From: Leptogorgia sarmentosa
Taxonomy: Eukaryota
NCBI GenBank assembly: GCA_964658305.1
Contig: OZ210885.1
Span: forward strand, 26,412,001-26,476,000
Direction: 5' to 3'
Length of the DNA: 64,000 nucleotides
The notes under the pieces are model-generated. The model did no database searches, was not told where the DNA came from, and saw nothing but the letters and a program-made list of their open reading frames with translations. Within the stretch, counting starts at the first letter, position 1. The number at the start of each line of letters is the position of its first letter. Positions 33,297 to 45,666 of this stretch are shown here, piece by piece. The translations under genes were made by a program, and so were the position numbers.

Positions 33297-34585
33297 CAGC
33301 ACCCACCACCGAGAACACAACTTCCTGTCATCGAGTTTTTCCCGAAACAATTCATGTTTATCCTCGAGGCCAAAATGTTAAAGACCTGGCATTACGTAGT
33401 TGGCAGGATTTGAACCGAACCTGCCCGGGAAACTCCCAACAGATTTCTAGTCTGTCGCCTTAACCGCTCGGCCACGACTACGTTGCTACAACTAACCTGT
33501 TTCACGTTGTTCATTAATGAACATTCACATCCATCTTCAACTGACCTACACACTCTCAGCGCTACACTCTGAACAATAGAAACTTTCTATTTTGAGGTCT
33601 TTGCAAAACTCACTCGTGCAAGTTAATTTCAAATTGCACTCGAAACCATTCTATTACCAATACTTATTTTTTTCCCAAACGTAGTAAAATGGTGGAAAGA
33701 TATGACCGGGTACTATCCCGCGCAGACACGACCAAGGGACCACGAAAAATGTGAATAACTCGTTATAATGCACCAATATTACAATAAAACATTTTGGAAA
33801 AGATGAAGGTTTGTTCAAAGATAATGCCGTTAGTTTTGAACATTTGAAAACTTTGTATACGACCACCCATTGACGTCTCAGGCGCGGATCCAGACCGTGA
33901 CGAAAGTGGCTCGAGCATCGGTCAGATTTTTCTTACTCAGGATTTCCCGAGATTAACCGTTTTGATAGTAGAATAAATCAGTATTTTACGCGATTCTAAT
34001 AATTCTATGTTAATTATTTGACAGCAGCAAAAATAGGTCTATGGCAAGCAATTCAAATCAAATATTTCCTAGTTATTCTTAAGCTCTCATTCCACGACGG
34101 CGAGATCTTTCGCCAGAAATTGTGTCTGCGAAATGCAGATGTTTGCACGTGAACGATTCTATTGAATTCTCCCCCATTTTTCGCTTTCGCAGTGAGTAGA
34201 ACTGACTTCTACTCACTGGCGAAGCGAAATTTTTTCTCGAGAAATCCTACTTGCCTTTATTACGCATGCGTACATTTATTTCGCGCGAAAATTCTCGCAT
34301 TTCGCCAAGAAATATCGCCCGTGGAATCAGGTCTATGGATTCGTGTTCACAAGAAGGACAAACGTCCAAAATACTTCCTTCTTCAATAGTACAATCATTA
34401 ATATGAATACGTTGAATTGTATGCTTTTTACGCTGGCAAGTTTATGAAAAGATCGGGTGCATAGAAATCATTGAATGAGCAAACCCAGACTTAAATTAAT
34501 CAGGGGAAATATTGATGTGGATACAAAATAGAAAGACTGCGCCGTTCGGAGTGACAGTCTGTTATTTGAAAGCTAGAGGTTCGAC

Positions 34586-34667
34586 CGTAGTCGGCAGGAT
34601 TTGAACCTGCGCGGGAATTTCCCAACAGATTTCAAGTCTGTCGCCTTAACCACTCGGCCACGACTAC
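34586..34667 (-). tRNA. tRNA-Ser(TGA)
   Basis: Inverted copy of 16587-16668. Confidence 0.9.
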
Positions 34668-35041
34668 GTTGGCATTGCCAAGTATTTCGAAATGAATAAA
34701 TCAAGAATTTTGAAGATTTCCAGTTTATGGGTGTAACAACACCGACCTCTCGATCTGCAGTGGAATGCTCCACCACTGGGCCACACTCCCTGTGTAGGCG
34801 ACCTAGGTTAGGTACGTACATATACCTTCACGGAAAGTATCAATTTTTTCATTCATTTACCTCTGTTTTGTCAATTTTGCATTTAAATACAAACTAATTC
34901 ACCGCATGTGTCATCACGTGACTTCTTCCCGTCGAGAACAGAATCTCCTCTCTCGAGTTGCAACGGTTGAGATATTACATTAATCCCATATTTTTCTTCG
35001 TCAGTACAAAGTACATTAGAGAATAATTTGATACAATCAAT

Positions 35042-35113
35042 GGCTTAATGGTCTAGTGGTATGATTCTCGCTTTGGGTGCGAGAGGTCACGGGTTCGATT
35101 CCCGTGCAAGCCC
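35042..35113 (+). tRNA. tRNA-Pro(TGG)
   Basis: Positional paralogue of the Pro(AGG) gene at 16141, with a TGG anticodon. Confidence 0.8.
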
Positions 35114-35709
35114 GAGTTAATTAACCAAATAAGACGTTCTGTTTTTTGAAAGCTTCCGTAAATCCTTAAGGCCTGATTCCACGACGGCGAAATCTTTCGC
35201 GAAATATTGTCTGGGAAATGCGGATGGTTGCACATGAACGATTCTATTGAATTCTCCCCCATTTTTCGCCTGACTTCTCTTCCCCATTTTTTGAACTGAC
35301 TTCTACTCACTGGCGAAGCGAAATTTTTTCTCGAGAAATCTTACTTGCCTTTATCACGCATGCGTACAATTAGTTCGCGCGAAAATTTTTGCATTTCGCC
35401 AAGAAATATCGCCCGTGGAATCAGGCCTTTAGAAAACCTCGCGGAAAAAATTCGGTTACATTTACCGTCACAACGTCTGAATAACATCAAACCAAACTAC
35501 ATTGGCATTGACCCTCGTTGCACTACGAAAAGAATAAATTTTCAATCTGCCAGTAAAATCCAACAAAATATTTTAGTAATCGTTTTATAGTACATTGGTG
35601 GATAGATTTAACACGAGCAGCTATATGCATCTCAACCCTTTGGGTCGCAAGTTTCCCATCAGCCTGCTTTCAAGAATTTGAAAGATTTCCAGTTTATAGG
35701 TATGATAAG

Positions 35710-35784
35710 AAGGAGCGAGCGGATTTGAACCACCGACCTATCGATCTGCAGTCGAATGCTCTACCACTGAACTACTATACTCCC
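35710..35784 (-). tRNA. tRNA-Cys(GCA), degenerate
   Basis: Inverted copy of the 15462 gene with the same 3-nt duplication. Confidence 0.65.
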
Positions 35785-36095
35785 TGTGTAGTCTGCCAGG
35801 TTAATTACGTACATAATTATATACTTTCAAACGCAGCTATAATCAACTCACGGACTTCTGTTTTTTCTATTTTATATTCGAAAACAAAATTTTTCTTGGC
35901 ATGTTTCATAGCCTTAATACAATAAAAAACGCGACTTCTTTCCGTTGATTTTGTGGATGGAAAATTTGGGCATTGAATCTGTCACTTTAAACACTCAGCC
36001 ATCACCACCGAGAACAGAACTTCCTCTCCTCGAATTTTTTCCCCCAAAAAAATCATGTTCACATTCGAGGCCAAATTGCTGAAGACTTTGCATAG

Positions 36096-36177
36096 CGTAG
36101 TCGGCAGAATTTGAACCTGGGCGGGAAACTCCCAACAGATTTCTAGTCTGTCGCCTTAACCGCTCGGCCACGACTAC
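36096..36177 (-). tRNA. tRNA-Ser(AGA)
   Basis: Reverse complement gtagtcgtggccgagcggttaaggcgacagactAGAaatctg... Confidence 0.75.
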
Positions 36178-36610
36178 CTTACTACAAGCAACAGGTTTCG
36201 CGTTGTTGAACTAAACATTCACATCTACAACTGACGTACACTCTGAGGTGACCGGGTGGGACGTAGGCCCAAGGTTGCTTGGGAAGAAAATGGATTCTTT
36301 TGGGTGTTTCTTTCTTGTAATACAATTAACACGTTCTACGATAGGGTGGAATATTCTATTTAGCTCAAAACTTGGCACTTTCATCTGTATTTAACACGAA
36401 CTTGCAAGAAAATCGAAACTATTTTTTTCTTGTGGAGAAATTTGTTTTTATTTAATAAAAAAAGGAAGAAGATTTTCCGTTATGGATAAATCTCTGCAGA
36501 TTGGTATAAAAAAGAAATCAAAATTTATTCTAATGCCAAAACTGTTCAATAGAAACAATATCAGCACACAGGTAACATTGATAAAATAGGTACTGAAACT
36601 TCAAAAAAAG

Positions 36611-36925
36611 GTCCTGGATTTATCCAAGACATAAAATGAAAATGTCCTGGATTTATCCAGGACATAAAATGAAAATGTCCTGGATTTATCCAAGACAAAA
36701 TGAAAATGCCCTAGATATATCCAAGACAAAATGAAAATGTCCTGGATTTATCCAAGACAAAATGAAAATGTCCTAGCTGGATTTATCCAAGACAAAATGA
36801 AAATGTCCTAGATATATCCAAGACAAAATGAAAATGTCCTAGATATATCCAAGACAAAATGAAAATGTCCTAGATATATCCAAGACAAAATGGAAATGTC
36901 CTAGATTTATCCAAGACAAAATGAT
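36611..36925 (+). repeat. 31-33-bp minisatellite (gtcctggatttatccaagacaaaatgaaaat), ~10 copies; left arm of a foldback
   Basis: Directly visible. Confidence 0.9.
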
Positions 36926-39304
36926 TATAAATGACATAAAATGGGAATGTTATAAAAACACGGGTTGAATTCTTTGTGCGCCACAACTCCGCACAGTACG
37001 TCCGTTGAATAATTTGAAATCTATGTTACGTTCAGAGGTATATGTTGAATATGGTCCATGCCGTGTAAAACCGTAGGTCATTGATGTGTTCGCAAATGAT
37101 AGTACCAGCTGTTTATAGGAGACAGGAATGCCCCAATACGACACAGCTTGTGTATATAGATAGCATTTTATACCTGAAAGTTCCAAGGAGATTAGCATAA
37201 TTAAGGTATATATTCAGTTACCGACGATATTACATATATCGCGTCGTATTATCTTTATACATAACTGTATGGTTCTCTTCGTCCCGTGCATGCACTTTCA
37301 TGCATATAAGGAGAATATAGCGAATACTCCTGACTATATATTCGTATCAATCGTATGTCTCTAAAATCGATCTCGCGTGAATGGAGAGCATGCGATTGTG
37401 TGTAAAATGCATGCATACTCTGAAAATCGATACATGCAGTTACATATACATAATCCGCGGCGGAATATATGCGTATTCGATAGTAACACCAACTTCTACT
37501 CCGTACGTAAACGATTTACCGGAAAATCCGAATTTGTTTGTATTATTTCGAGAACAAGTAGAGCTTTGCTGCTTAGCTAATTGTTGATGTTATGATCGAT
37601 CCGTTATCTATACACTGGCCACATGCTAGATTAATTTATCATTACTATAGCCTAATATCATAAATACGCGACAAATATATTTATACAAAGGAATAAGTTT
37701 CCACAAACTGTATTTCGTGTGTAAGGAAAGCTCACCCTCCGCTAACCAACCTGATTAGATATAACTCGGTATACAAGCAATGCCGCATTGAGCCTTTCAT
37801 GTCTTGTAGCTATAACTGTTCGTATCAGCTATTATATTCGCGATAATTCCTTGTTTGGTGAACAACCGATATGAATCCTGTTTGAAGCGTGAATACATTT
37901 CAATAACTTACCGTTTTAGACCGTACCTCTAAACTAACAGACTTCAAATTATTTAACTGAAAAACTGTGGATTTTGACACAAAGAAGACAGATGAGCGTG
38001 CATGTGAACTTGATATCCAAAGATTACTTGTGGGCCCAATGTGATTACCCAATAGGAACACTGCTTATAATGAAATCTGGTTGAACATTGGCTGATGTGT
38101 CCGTTATTGTCAAATCAAACTTCTGGCGCCTGCAGCGAGGACTTTGAACTTAGGCATTGTTTGGTTAGATTGTCTTACAAGCACAAGACTGGTCTCACAT
38201 TATATAACACTGGCCACAGTTAGTGAACGAAGCTTCGTTCACTAATTGGCATAAATATGTGTACCAATCATATTGAGTACTTTGCATGGACAACCAGGAT
38301 ATCACACTAAATTTCTAAATCAATGGCGACTTATGGCAGACAAAGCAATTAAGAAGATAGACATTCAGAAGCCGAATCATGTTTCATCTGTTGTTAAATA
38401 CCCGCTTGTGGATCGGTCTACCCTTCCTTAGTTATCCGCGATGTCGATTGATGATCTCTTTACGGGTTATACCACAGGTTCAGGTAAGGACGTTGGGACA
38501 TGCTATTTATATACGACGCACAATATGATAATGTTTGTGCCATCTATTGAACTGACTATGACAGATAAATGACATGGGCACTTATGATATGAGCACAATA
38601 GAATTGATCTTATTTTGTGAGTATTGTACCATGTTATAGATTTGATAGAATCAATTATACTGAAAAGCGCATTCAACTCAGGTCGTTTTAAGTATACTCA
38701 ATTTGACTGAGATTTATATAGGTGTAAAATATTTTCTGACATTAACACAATTTAGTTGTTTATGACAGGAACTTCTGATTAAGAACGGATATTGCTTGGA
38801 GACAATATATATATACATATATCTGTTTCTGTTGGTCCTTGGTCTCACTGTTTTCACCGCCCGTAATTGCGACTATAACTGTCCACGCGGGCAATGACAT
38901 ATTTTAACTCATATCATATTTAATATTATTATATGGACAGCGGTATTTTATTGGGAACTAAAACACTCGTAGAACTCATACGCCACTACATCCGGGATAC
39001 GGTGCGCGTATTTTCCGTATGTCACGCTTAGGGGTGACATAACCTTCCCGCCTTTTTCGCTGTTTACAAATGGCTTCTACTTCAAGGTTTGTGAATTTAA
39101 GCGAAGACGATATTAGTACGTTTTGCGACGAACAAAGCTACAATACTACAATAAACTACAATAAAGCGGTATTTTATAATCTATATTTAGTAAAGGATAA
39201 TTTTAAAGCCATTATAATTGTCGTGTTTTAGACTGCATGTTTTCATTAAAAGGGTAGTTGTTCGGTGTATTTGTGTCACTCTGAATAAGTCCATATAATA
39301 AACA

Positions 39305-39450
39305 GAACATTACACGGTTCACTCGAAGATATGGATTTTATGTTCTCGTGGCAAGAACAATATCTCACTCGTTCGCTGCGCTCACTCGTGAGATATTGTT
39401 CTTGCCACTCGAACATAAAATCCATATCCTCTCGCAACCGTGTAATATCC
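39305..39450. repeat. ~145-bp near-perfect palindrome (hairpin element)
   Basis: ttacacggtt...gatatggattttatgttctcgtggcaagaacaatatctcac / gtgagatattgttcttgccactcgaacataaaatccatatc...aaccgtgtaa. Confidence 0.85.
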
Positions 39451-39854
39451 TATATGTATTTTAAAGATTAAATTTCAAATAAATCTATTTATACTGTATC
39501 TTTATCTATTTCAGATAAATGTAAACTACAGAACGTAGTGCTGCAATATGGTATTGGCACTGAATGGTCTATCAAACACTCCCATACAACGAACATATAT
39601 GTGTATCTCTGCGGGAAAAGACATCTGCATTAACAAAAAAGACACTGGGACTGTAAGAAGGGGTTACACCAGGCAATTCATGACTAATCGATGTCTGTAG
39701 ACTGTAGTGTCGCATGCGCTGCATAATCATAGTCGTGTCGTTTTGGAGAATAAGGCCCGGCTTATTAAGCACATGCATGGTGAACTGCGTGTAATATACT
39801 TATAATTGTCGTTAAAAGTGGATAATTTAATTATATTTAATATTTAAGTTTGCA

Positions 39855-40157
39855 GGATAAATCCAGGGCATTTTCATTTTGTCTTGGATCAATCCATGAC
39901 ATTTCCATTTTATGTCTTGGATAAATCTAGGACATTTTCATTTTGTCTTGGATAAATCCATGACATTTTCATTTTATGTCTTGGATAAATCCAGGACATT
40001 TTCATTTTGTCTTGGATATATCTAGGGCATTTTCATTTTGTCTTGGATAAATCCAGGACATTTTCATTTTATGTCTTGGATAAATCCAGGACGTTTTAAT
40101 TTTGTCTTGGATAAATCCAGGACATTTTAATTTTGTCTTGGATAAATCCAGGACATT
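39855..40157 (-). repeat. Inverted copy of the 31-33-bp minisatellite; right arm of a foldback
   Basis: ggataaatccaggacattttcattttgtctt repeats. Confidence 0.9.
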
Positions 40158-40655
40158 CCTGCTGATATTTCTGTTAAGAAATTATTTTTAAGCGTGCAGT
40201 GTGCTAATAAATTTTAAAGCTATTTTTGCTTGTTATTTCTTCGTATTTTTCTCTTATTGCATCAGAAAGCAGATTTTTCCGAATTTCGAAAGGAATTTTC
40301 CAGTGGTTGCTAACTTTGCTCATAAAGTATTAAAAAAATCCGTCTTTTAAGTGACAACGGCCTTTGATTTTTGAATGATGATTTTCTTGCCATAAATATA
40401 TGAAATTCGCAACATCAAATATTGGCTGTATACATCATTTTTGTTCTAATATCGCCTGATTTCTCAACAAATTATCCTTGCATTGCTCAAACTTCAAATT
40501 CTAGCTTAAATTCTCCACAGAAATGTCGAATTTTTTGCGAAACAGTGCCTTTTCGTTCGATATTATCCAAAAATAGGTTAAATAGAATATTCCACCCTAT
40601 CGTAGACCGTGTTAATTTCCCGTATTATAAAAAAATCAAATGTAATGTCTAAAAT

Positions 40656-40727
40656 AGGCTCTGCCGAGACTTGAACTCGGATCGCGGGATTCAAAGTCCA
40701 AAGTGCTAACCATTACACCACAGAACC
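40656..40727 (-). tRNA. tRNA-Gln(TTG)
   Basis: Inverted paralogue of the 14902 gene. Confidence 0.72.
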
Positions 40728-41329
40728 TTAATACGATCATGACAATATTTCCAATTATTTCACGTTTCCCTCTCTCTTGTACAACGAAAGGCACCACTTC
40801 AAACGATGAAGAAACAGTCGTCCTACATCAACCAGTGTCCTGTAGTTACCAGAAATAACTTTTCCAAGAAATTTAAATGGCAGTAGTGGGGTTGCAACCC
40901 AGGCGAACGAAACGACTTGTCCCTGAAAACAGCGCCTTAGACCGCTCGGCCACACTACCCGCAGTTATTCCTCACTTTGGCAATGGAGAAACAATCGTCC
41001 TACCTCAACCAATTTCCTGTAGTTACCAGAAATAACTTTTCCAAGAAATTTAAATCGCAGTAGTGGGGTTGAAACCCACGCCATCGAAATAACTGTCGCC
41101 TGAAAGCAGCCTCTTAAACCACTCGGAAAACGCTATAAACGATGTTCCCGGAATTTTAAAGAAATCTAGGGTTATTATTGATATAAATGAAGTCTGAAAA
41201 CCAGCGCCTTAGACAACTCTGCCACACTAGCGGGGTCGTTTTTTATCTGAAATAGCTTTCAACCGGGAGGTGATTGGATAGTTACAAGAATTAGACTTTT
41301 TCGATCTTCAGAGCGCGTAGGTATCAGGT

Positions 41330-41402
41330 GGCCTGATGGCCTAACGGATGAGGCGTCTCACTTCGGGTGAGAAGATTCCAGGTTCGAATCCTGGTGGGGT
41401 CG
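41330..41402 (+). tRNA. tRNA-Arg(TCG), degenerate
   Basis: ggcctgatggcctaacggatgaggcgtctcactTCGggtgag... Confidence 0.65.
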
Positions 41403-41625
41403 CAGTTTTCTCTCATTTCTCTAAATCTACGTTTGGATAAGAAGAAATATCGTTAATCGTTAACACGAAGTGCAGGAAAAAGTGTGTGACTGGAATTCTG
41501 GAGGAATTTTCATCTTCAATAACCTCCATCGTGTAGACATTTTTGAATGATGTGCAAATTGGATAAAAATTTCAATTATAAAAAGTATAATAGACTTGAA
41601 CGGAGATGGGCGAAGTTTCACCACT

Positions 41626-41698
41626 GGCCCGTTGGCTCAGTAGGCAGAGCGTGGTGCTAATAACTCTAAGGTCGTGAGTTCGATCCTCACGCGTGCCA
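41626..41698 (+). tRNA. tRNA-Ile(AAT), degenerate
   Basis: ggcccgttggctcagtaggcagagcgtggtgctAATaactc... Confidence 0.65.
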
Positions 41699-42245
41699 CG
41701 ACATGGTTTCGATGAGAATTCGATTAGTGTGGCTTGTCATTTCAGGTTCGAATCCTGGTGGCGACGCAGCCTTCTCTCTCAATCTGTGTTGCTGGGTAAG
41801 GACAAGTATCGTTAAGACGAAGCACAGGAACGTTTTGTGACTGGAATTCTGGAGGATCGTTCTTAAACTCTTTATATATTTTTTATCCCCAATAACCTCC
41901 CTCGTACAGACATGTTTGAATGATGTGCAAGTTCGATAAAAATTTAAATCCTTAACAGGTATAATAGACTTCAATGGAGATGGGCGAAGTATCACAACTG
42001 GCCCATTAGCTCAGTATACAGAGCGTGGTGCATGGTTTCGATGGGAATTGGCCATGGATTAGTGTGGCTTGTCATTGGCGCACCCAATAAAGTTTCTTTT
42101 TCAATGGAAATGTAGTTTGATTTTCCGCACTGTGCGCACCAGAAGGCTTTTCTGCCATAAGGCCCGTGGCCGAATGCATAAGGTGTCTGACTACGGATCA
42201 GAAGATTCCAGGTTCGAATCCTGGTGTAGTCAATTTGTTTTTTTT

Positions 42246-42327
42246 TGGCATTGGTGGGATTCGAACCCTACCCATCGAAATGACTGGTACCTGAAACCAG
42301 TGCCTTAGACCACTCGGCCACACTACC
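42246..42327 (-). tRNA. tRNA-Leu(CAG) on an AAG-type body
   Basis: Inverted paralogue of the 25576 gene. Confidence 0.7.
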
Positions 42328-42764
42328 GCTGTCATTCCTCACTTTGGCAATGAAGAAACAGTCGTCCTACCTAGGAAATTGCCCTGTTGTTACCGGTAAT
42401 AACTATTCACGAAAGTTAAATGGCAGTTTGGGGTTGGAACCCACGTCATCGAAACGACTGGCGCCTGAAAACAGCCTGTTAAACCACTCGGCAAACGCTA
42501 CAAACGATGTTTCTCGGAATTGTAAAAAAATCTGGGGTTATTATTGATATCAATGAAGCCCTGGAATACAAAAAGTTAATTCTTTTCCATTGACCGGTGG
42601 AGTCGAACTCGGATCTGTTGCTTCGAAGTCAACAATGTTAGCCTTTACACCATCAACGCTGTGTTTATTCCCTCTTCTTTTGTATATTTGTATTCTTTTC
42701 GAAACGATAAGATGTATGAAAAAGTAAAAATTCTACCAGCACAATTAAAAATAGTAAAAATTCG

Positions 42765-42866
42765 AATCAGGTGTGGGATTCGTACCCACGCCCACAAATG
42801 TGGACCAGAAACCTTAAGCGGAGTTGTTCTTAAGTCTGGCGCCTTCGACCGCTCGGCCAACCTGAC
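42765..42866 (-). tRNA. tRNA-Leu(TAA) with an 18-nt intron
   Basis: Inverted paralogue of the 9488 gene. Confidence 0.7.
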
Positions 42867-42973
42867 TATACGTTTTCTCCTTGACTGTAATCTTCAAAAT
42901 CTCGCCTGGACAAAACTTGGGAAATGAAGTTTGCATCTTGGCAACAGCCAAGACAGTTTTTTGTCAATCTATT

Positions 42974-43045
42974 GGTTCTGTGGTGTAATGGTTAGCATTT
43001 TGGACTCTGAATGCAAGAATCCGAGTTCAAATCTCGGCAGGACCT
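42974..43045 (+). tRNA. tRNA-Gln(CTG)
   Basis: ggttctgtggtgtaatggttagcattttggactCTGaatgcaag... Confidence 0.72.
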
Positions 43046-44053
43046 TTGATGTGTATGTCGATCCTGAACACAAAGACCAATTTTGGAAACTATTTTTCTA
43101 ATCCAGCCAACTAATTCACTTCTTCCCATTGGGAATAATAAAAATAAGGTATTTATGTACTACGTTCATCTGAGTTTTCTGATTGGGTACACAATTTGTT
43201 TTTTTTGGCAGTGGTGGGATTCGAACCCACGCCATCAAAATGACTGGGGCCTTAAACCAGTCTCCTGAACCACTTTTCAAACGCTAAAACGATGTTGCCC
43301 GGAATTGTAACAATTTTGGAATTTATTTGTAACAATTTTGAAATATAATTTTGGAAACCGGCTATTTTTTTAATCCAGCCAACTAATTCACTTCTTCCCA
43401 TTGGGTATAATAATACAAGGTATGTACTACCTTATCTGCGTTTTTCGCAGTCTTCTCTCTTTTGCCTCATTCTAGGTTAGGATGAGAACAAATATCGTTA
43501 AGACGAAGTACAGGAAAGTGTGAGACTGGAATTCTGAAAGATCGTCCTTAAACTCCTTATATTTTTTATCTCAATGACCACCTTCATGCGGACAGTTTTG
43601 AACGATGTGGAAGTTCGATAAAAATTTCAATTCTTAACAAGCATAATAGACTTTAATGGAGATGGGCGAAGTATCACCACTGGCCCGTTAGCTCAGTAGG
43701 CAGAGCGTGGTGCTAATAACGCTAAGGTCGCTAAGGTCGTGAGTTCGATCCTCACACGGGCCACGACATGGTTTCGATGGGAACTCGATTAGAGAGGCTT
43801 GTCATTGGCGCACGAAATAAATTTTCTTTTTCATTGGAAATGTAGTTTGGTTCTCCACACTGCGCGCACCAGAAGGCTTTTGTGCCATAGGGCCCGTGGC
43901 CCAATGGACACGGTGTCTGACTGCGAACCAACAGATTCCTGGTTTGGATCCTGGCGGGGTCTTTTTTTTTCTGTGATAGTTTTCAACCGGGAGTTGATTG
44001 GATAGTTACAAGATTCAGAATTTCTTGATCTTCAGAGGGCGATGGCTTTAGGT

Positions 44054-44126
44054 GGCCTCATGGCCTAACGGATAAGGCGTCTCACTTCGGATGAGAAGAT
44101 TCCAGGTTCGAATCCTGGTGGGGTCG
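44054..44126 (+). tRNA. tRNA-Arg(TCG)
   Basis: Intact cloverleaf. Confidence 0.88.
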
Positions 44127-44361
44127 CAGTCTTCTATCTTTTCTCTCAAACTACGTTTGGATGAGAACAAATATCGTTAAGACGAAGTACAGGAAAGTTT
44201 GTGACGGGAATTCTGGAAGATCGTCCTTAAACTCCTTACATTTTTTATCTTCAATAACCTCCTTCGTGCAGACATTTTTGAATGATGTGGAAGTTCGATA
44301 AAAATTTCAATTCTTAACAAGCATAATAGACTTTAATGGAGATGGGCGAAGTATCACCACT

Positions 44362-44434
44362 GGCCCGTTAGCTCAGTAGGCAGAGCGTGGTGCTAATAAC
44401 GCTAAGGTCGTGAGTTCGATCCTCACACGAGCCA
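44362..44434 (+). tRNA. tRNA-Ile(AAT)
   Basis: Near-intact copy; others at 43682 (9-nt duplication), 45145 and 48050. Confidence 0.8.
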
Positions 44435-44782
44435 CGACATGGTTTCGATGAGAATTCGATTAGAGAGGCTTGTCATTGGCGCGCGAAATAATTTTTCTTT
44501 TTCAATGGAAATGCAGTTTGGTTCTCCACACTATGCACACCAAAAGGCTTTTGTGCCATAGGCTTCGTGGCCCAATGGATGAGGTGTGACTACGAACCAA
44601 AAGATTCCAGGTTTGGATCCTGGCGGGGTCGCTTTTTTCTGTGATAGTTTTCAACATGGAAGTGATTGGATCGTTACAAGATTTAGAATTTCTTGATCTT
44701 CAGAGGGCGATGGCATTAGGTGGCCTCATGGCCTAGCCGATAAGGCGTCTCACTTCGGATGAGAAGTTTCTAGGTTCTAATT

Positions 44783-44925
44783 CTGGTGGGGTCCTGGTGG
44801 GGTCCTGGTGGGGTCCTGGTGGGGTCCTGGTGGGGTCCTGGTGGGGTCCTGGTGGGGTCCTGGTGGGGTCCTGGTGGGGTCCTGGTGGGGTCCTGGTGGG
44901 GTCCTGGTGGGGTCCTGGTGGGGTC
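44783..44925 (+). repeat. 11-bp unit (ctggtggggtc) x13, expanded from the 3' end of a tRNA-Arg(TCG) pseudogene (44722-44926)
   Basis: Directly visible; 143 bp = 13 x 11. Confidence 0.92.
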
Positions 44926-45594
44926 GTAGCCTTCTTTCTCAATCTGTGTTGTTGGGTAAGGACAAGTTTCGTTAAGTTTCGTGACTGGAATTCTGGAGGA
45001 TCGTCCTTAAACTCCTTATATATTTTTTTATTACAAATAACCTCCTTCGTACAGACATTTTTGAATGATGTGGAAGTTCGATAAAAATTTCAATTCTTAA
45101 CACGTATAATAGACTTTAATGGAGATGGGCGAAGTGTCACCACTGGCCCGTTAGCTCAGTAGGCAGAGCGTGGTGCTAATAACGCTAAGGTCGTGAGTTC
45201 GATCCTCACACGGGCTTCGAAATGGTTTCGATGTGAATTGGCCATGCATTAGTGTGGGTTGTCATTGGCGCACCAAATAAAGTTTCTTTTTTAATGGAAA
45301 TGTAGTTTGGTTCTCCGCACTGCGCGCACCAGAAGGCTTTTTTTGCTATACGCCACGTGGCCCAATGGATAAGCTGTCTGACTACGGATCAGAAGATTCC
45401 AGGTTCGAATCCTGGCGTAGACAATTTGCTTGTTTTTGGCAGAAGTGGGGTTGCAACCCACGCCATCGAAATGACTGGTGCCTGAAACCAGTACCACTCT
45501 GCAAACGCTGCAAACGATGTTGCCCGGAATTGTAAAGAAATCTTGGGTTGTTATTGATATCAATGAAGTCTGAAATACAAAAAGCTAATTCTTC

Positions 45595-45666
45595 TGCGTT
45601 GGCCGGGAGTCGAACTCGGATCTATTGCTTGGAAGGCAACAATGCTAGCCATTACACCATCAACGC
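45595..45666 (-). tRNA. tRNA-Gly(TCC)
   Basis: Inverted copy. Confidence 0.78.

Larger units (their letters stand above)
36330..40611. mobile_element. Non-autonomous TTAA-specific (piggyBac-like) element, 4.3 kb, 33-bp TIRs
   Basis: TTAA|cacgttctacgatagggtggaatattctattta ... taaatagaatattccaccctatcgtagaccgtg|TTAA; absent from the paralogous site near 15013. Confidence 0.85.

Noticed and set aside
44733..45084. Pro-rich and Gly/Trp-rich repeat proteins
   Set aside because: Translations of the 11-bp expansion
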